Virus record (IMG/VR): IMGVR_UViG_3300033074_002177
From: a virus
DNA length: 14,469 bases
Strand: one strand, 5' to 3'
Numbering within the stretch: position 1 is the first letter of the stretch; every line of letters begins with the position of its first letter. The position numbers were made by a program, and so were the translations under genes. The notes under the pieces were generated by a model. It did not search any database. It was not told the DNA's origin and saw nothing but the letters and a program-made list of their open reading frames with translations. Below are positions 14,316 through 14,469 of the stretch, in pieces.

Positions 14316-14469
14316 ATGGTAAAAGGTCTTGTACGGTTTTTAACGCTAGCGTTCTTGGTTGTTTCGCTGGCATGTTCACTCATCGCTTGTACGTGCACAA
14401 GTTCTGGTTCAAACAGCGCGAACAACCTATCCACGATCATCACGAATGAAACGGTGGCGTTGACGACTG
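14316..14469 (+). CDS. Putative lipoprotein; N-terminal 51 aa only, running off the 3' window edge.
   Basis: GGAGG lies 8 nt upstream of the ATG. Signal peptide MVKGLVRFLTLAFLVVSLACSLIAC carries a lipobox-like L-I-A-C, followed by a Ser/Asn/Thr-rich linker. Start coordinate may be off by 1. Confidence 0.5.
   Translation, partial: MVKGLVRFLTLAFLVVSLACSLIACTCTSSGSNSANNLSTIITNETVALTT

Noticed and set aside
1-14469. Very frequent CGATCG / GCGATCGC palindromes that might suggest a dispersed repeat or a restriction-related signal
   Set aside because: They are explained by codon preference: ACG/TCG + ATC + GAC/GAT + CGN juxtapositions. They are not spaced or arrayed like CRISPR or REP elements.
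1-14469. Search for tRNA, rRNA, CRISPR arrays, transposase or integrase genes and long direct repeats
   Set aside because: None recognisable by eye. No cloverleaf-like GC stems with a T-loop consensus. No regularly spaced repeats.

Overview
This 14.5 kb window is gene-dense. Genes run mostly head-to-tail on the + strand up to about 8.6 kb, then in mixed orientation through 9.9 kb, then mostly on the − strand from 9.9 to 14.2 kb.

Expression signals are prokaryotic. Several genes have Shine-Dalgarno-like AGGAG/GAGGT boxes 5-9 nt before the start. Many stop and start codons overlap as ATGA. Some genes use GTG or TTG starts. One partial gene carries a lipoprotein-type signal peptide.

Codon usage strongly favours GAC/GTC/ACG/TCG/ATC, which makes the sequence CpG-rich and CGATCG-rich. 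No rRNA, tRNA, CRISPR array or transposase was seen.

Five products are recognisable with good confidence:
- A full-length homolog of the eukaryotic major vault protein (MVP), ~871 aa, at 1781-4396. It has the repeat array with a GPGTY motif, the shoulder domain and a long coiled-coil cap-helix.
- A GroEL/Hsp60 chaperonin.
- A classical AAA ATPase.
- A bacterial-type translation initiation factor IF-1 (infA).
- A lambda-phosphatase-type PPP metallophosphoesterase.

Three further calls are tentative: a 5'-truncated glucosaminidase-type peptidoglycan hydrolase at the left edge, a Pol-beta-fold nucleotidyltransferase-like protein, and an ADP-ribosylglycohydrolase-fold protein with substituted catalytic residues.

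The remaining ORFs are small (about 60-190 aa) hypothetical proteins. Several seem to form a paralogous family with shared N- and C-terminal motifs.

The architecture reads as a large (jumbo-type) bacteriophage or similar prokaryotic mobile element rather than a core chromosome. The evidence is the tightly coupled tiny ORFs, the lysin fragment, a GroEL with no GroES, and an IF-1 with no ribosomal-protein neighbours. That assignment is an inference I cannot confirm without searches.

The most striking item is a complete vault-shell protein gene in a prokaryotic or phage expression context. A translationally coupled small acidic ORF follows it, and a structured 5' leader precedes it.
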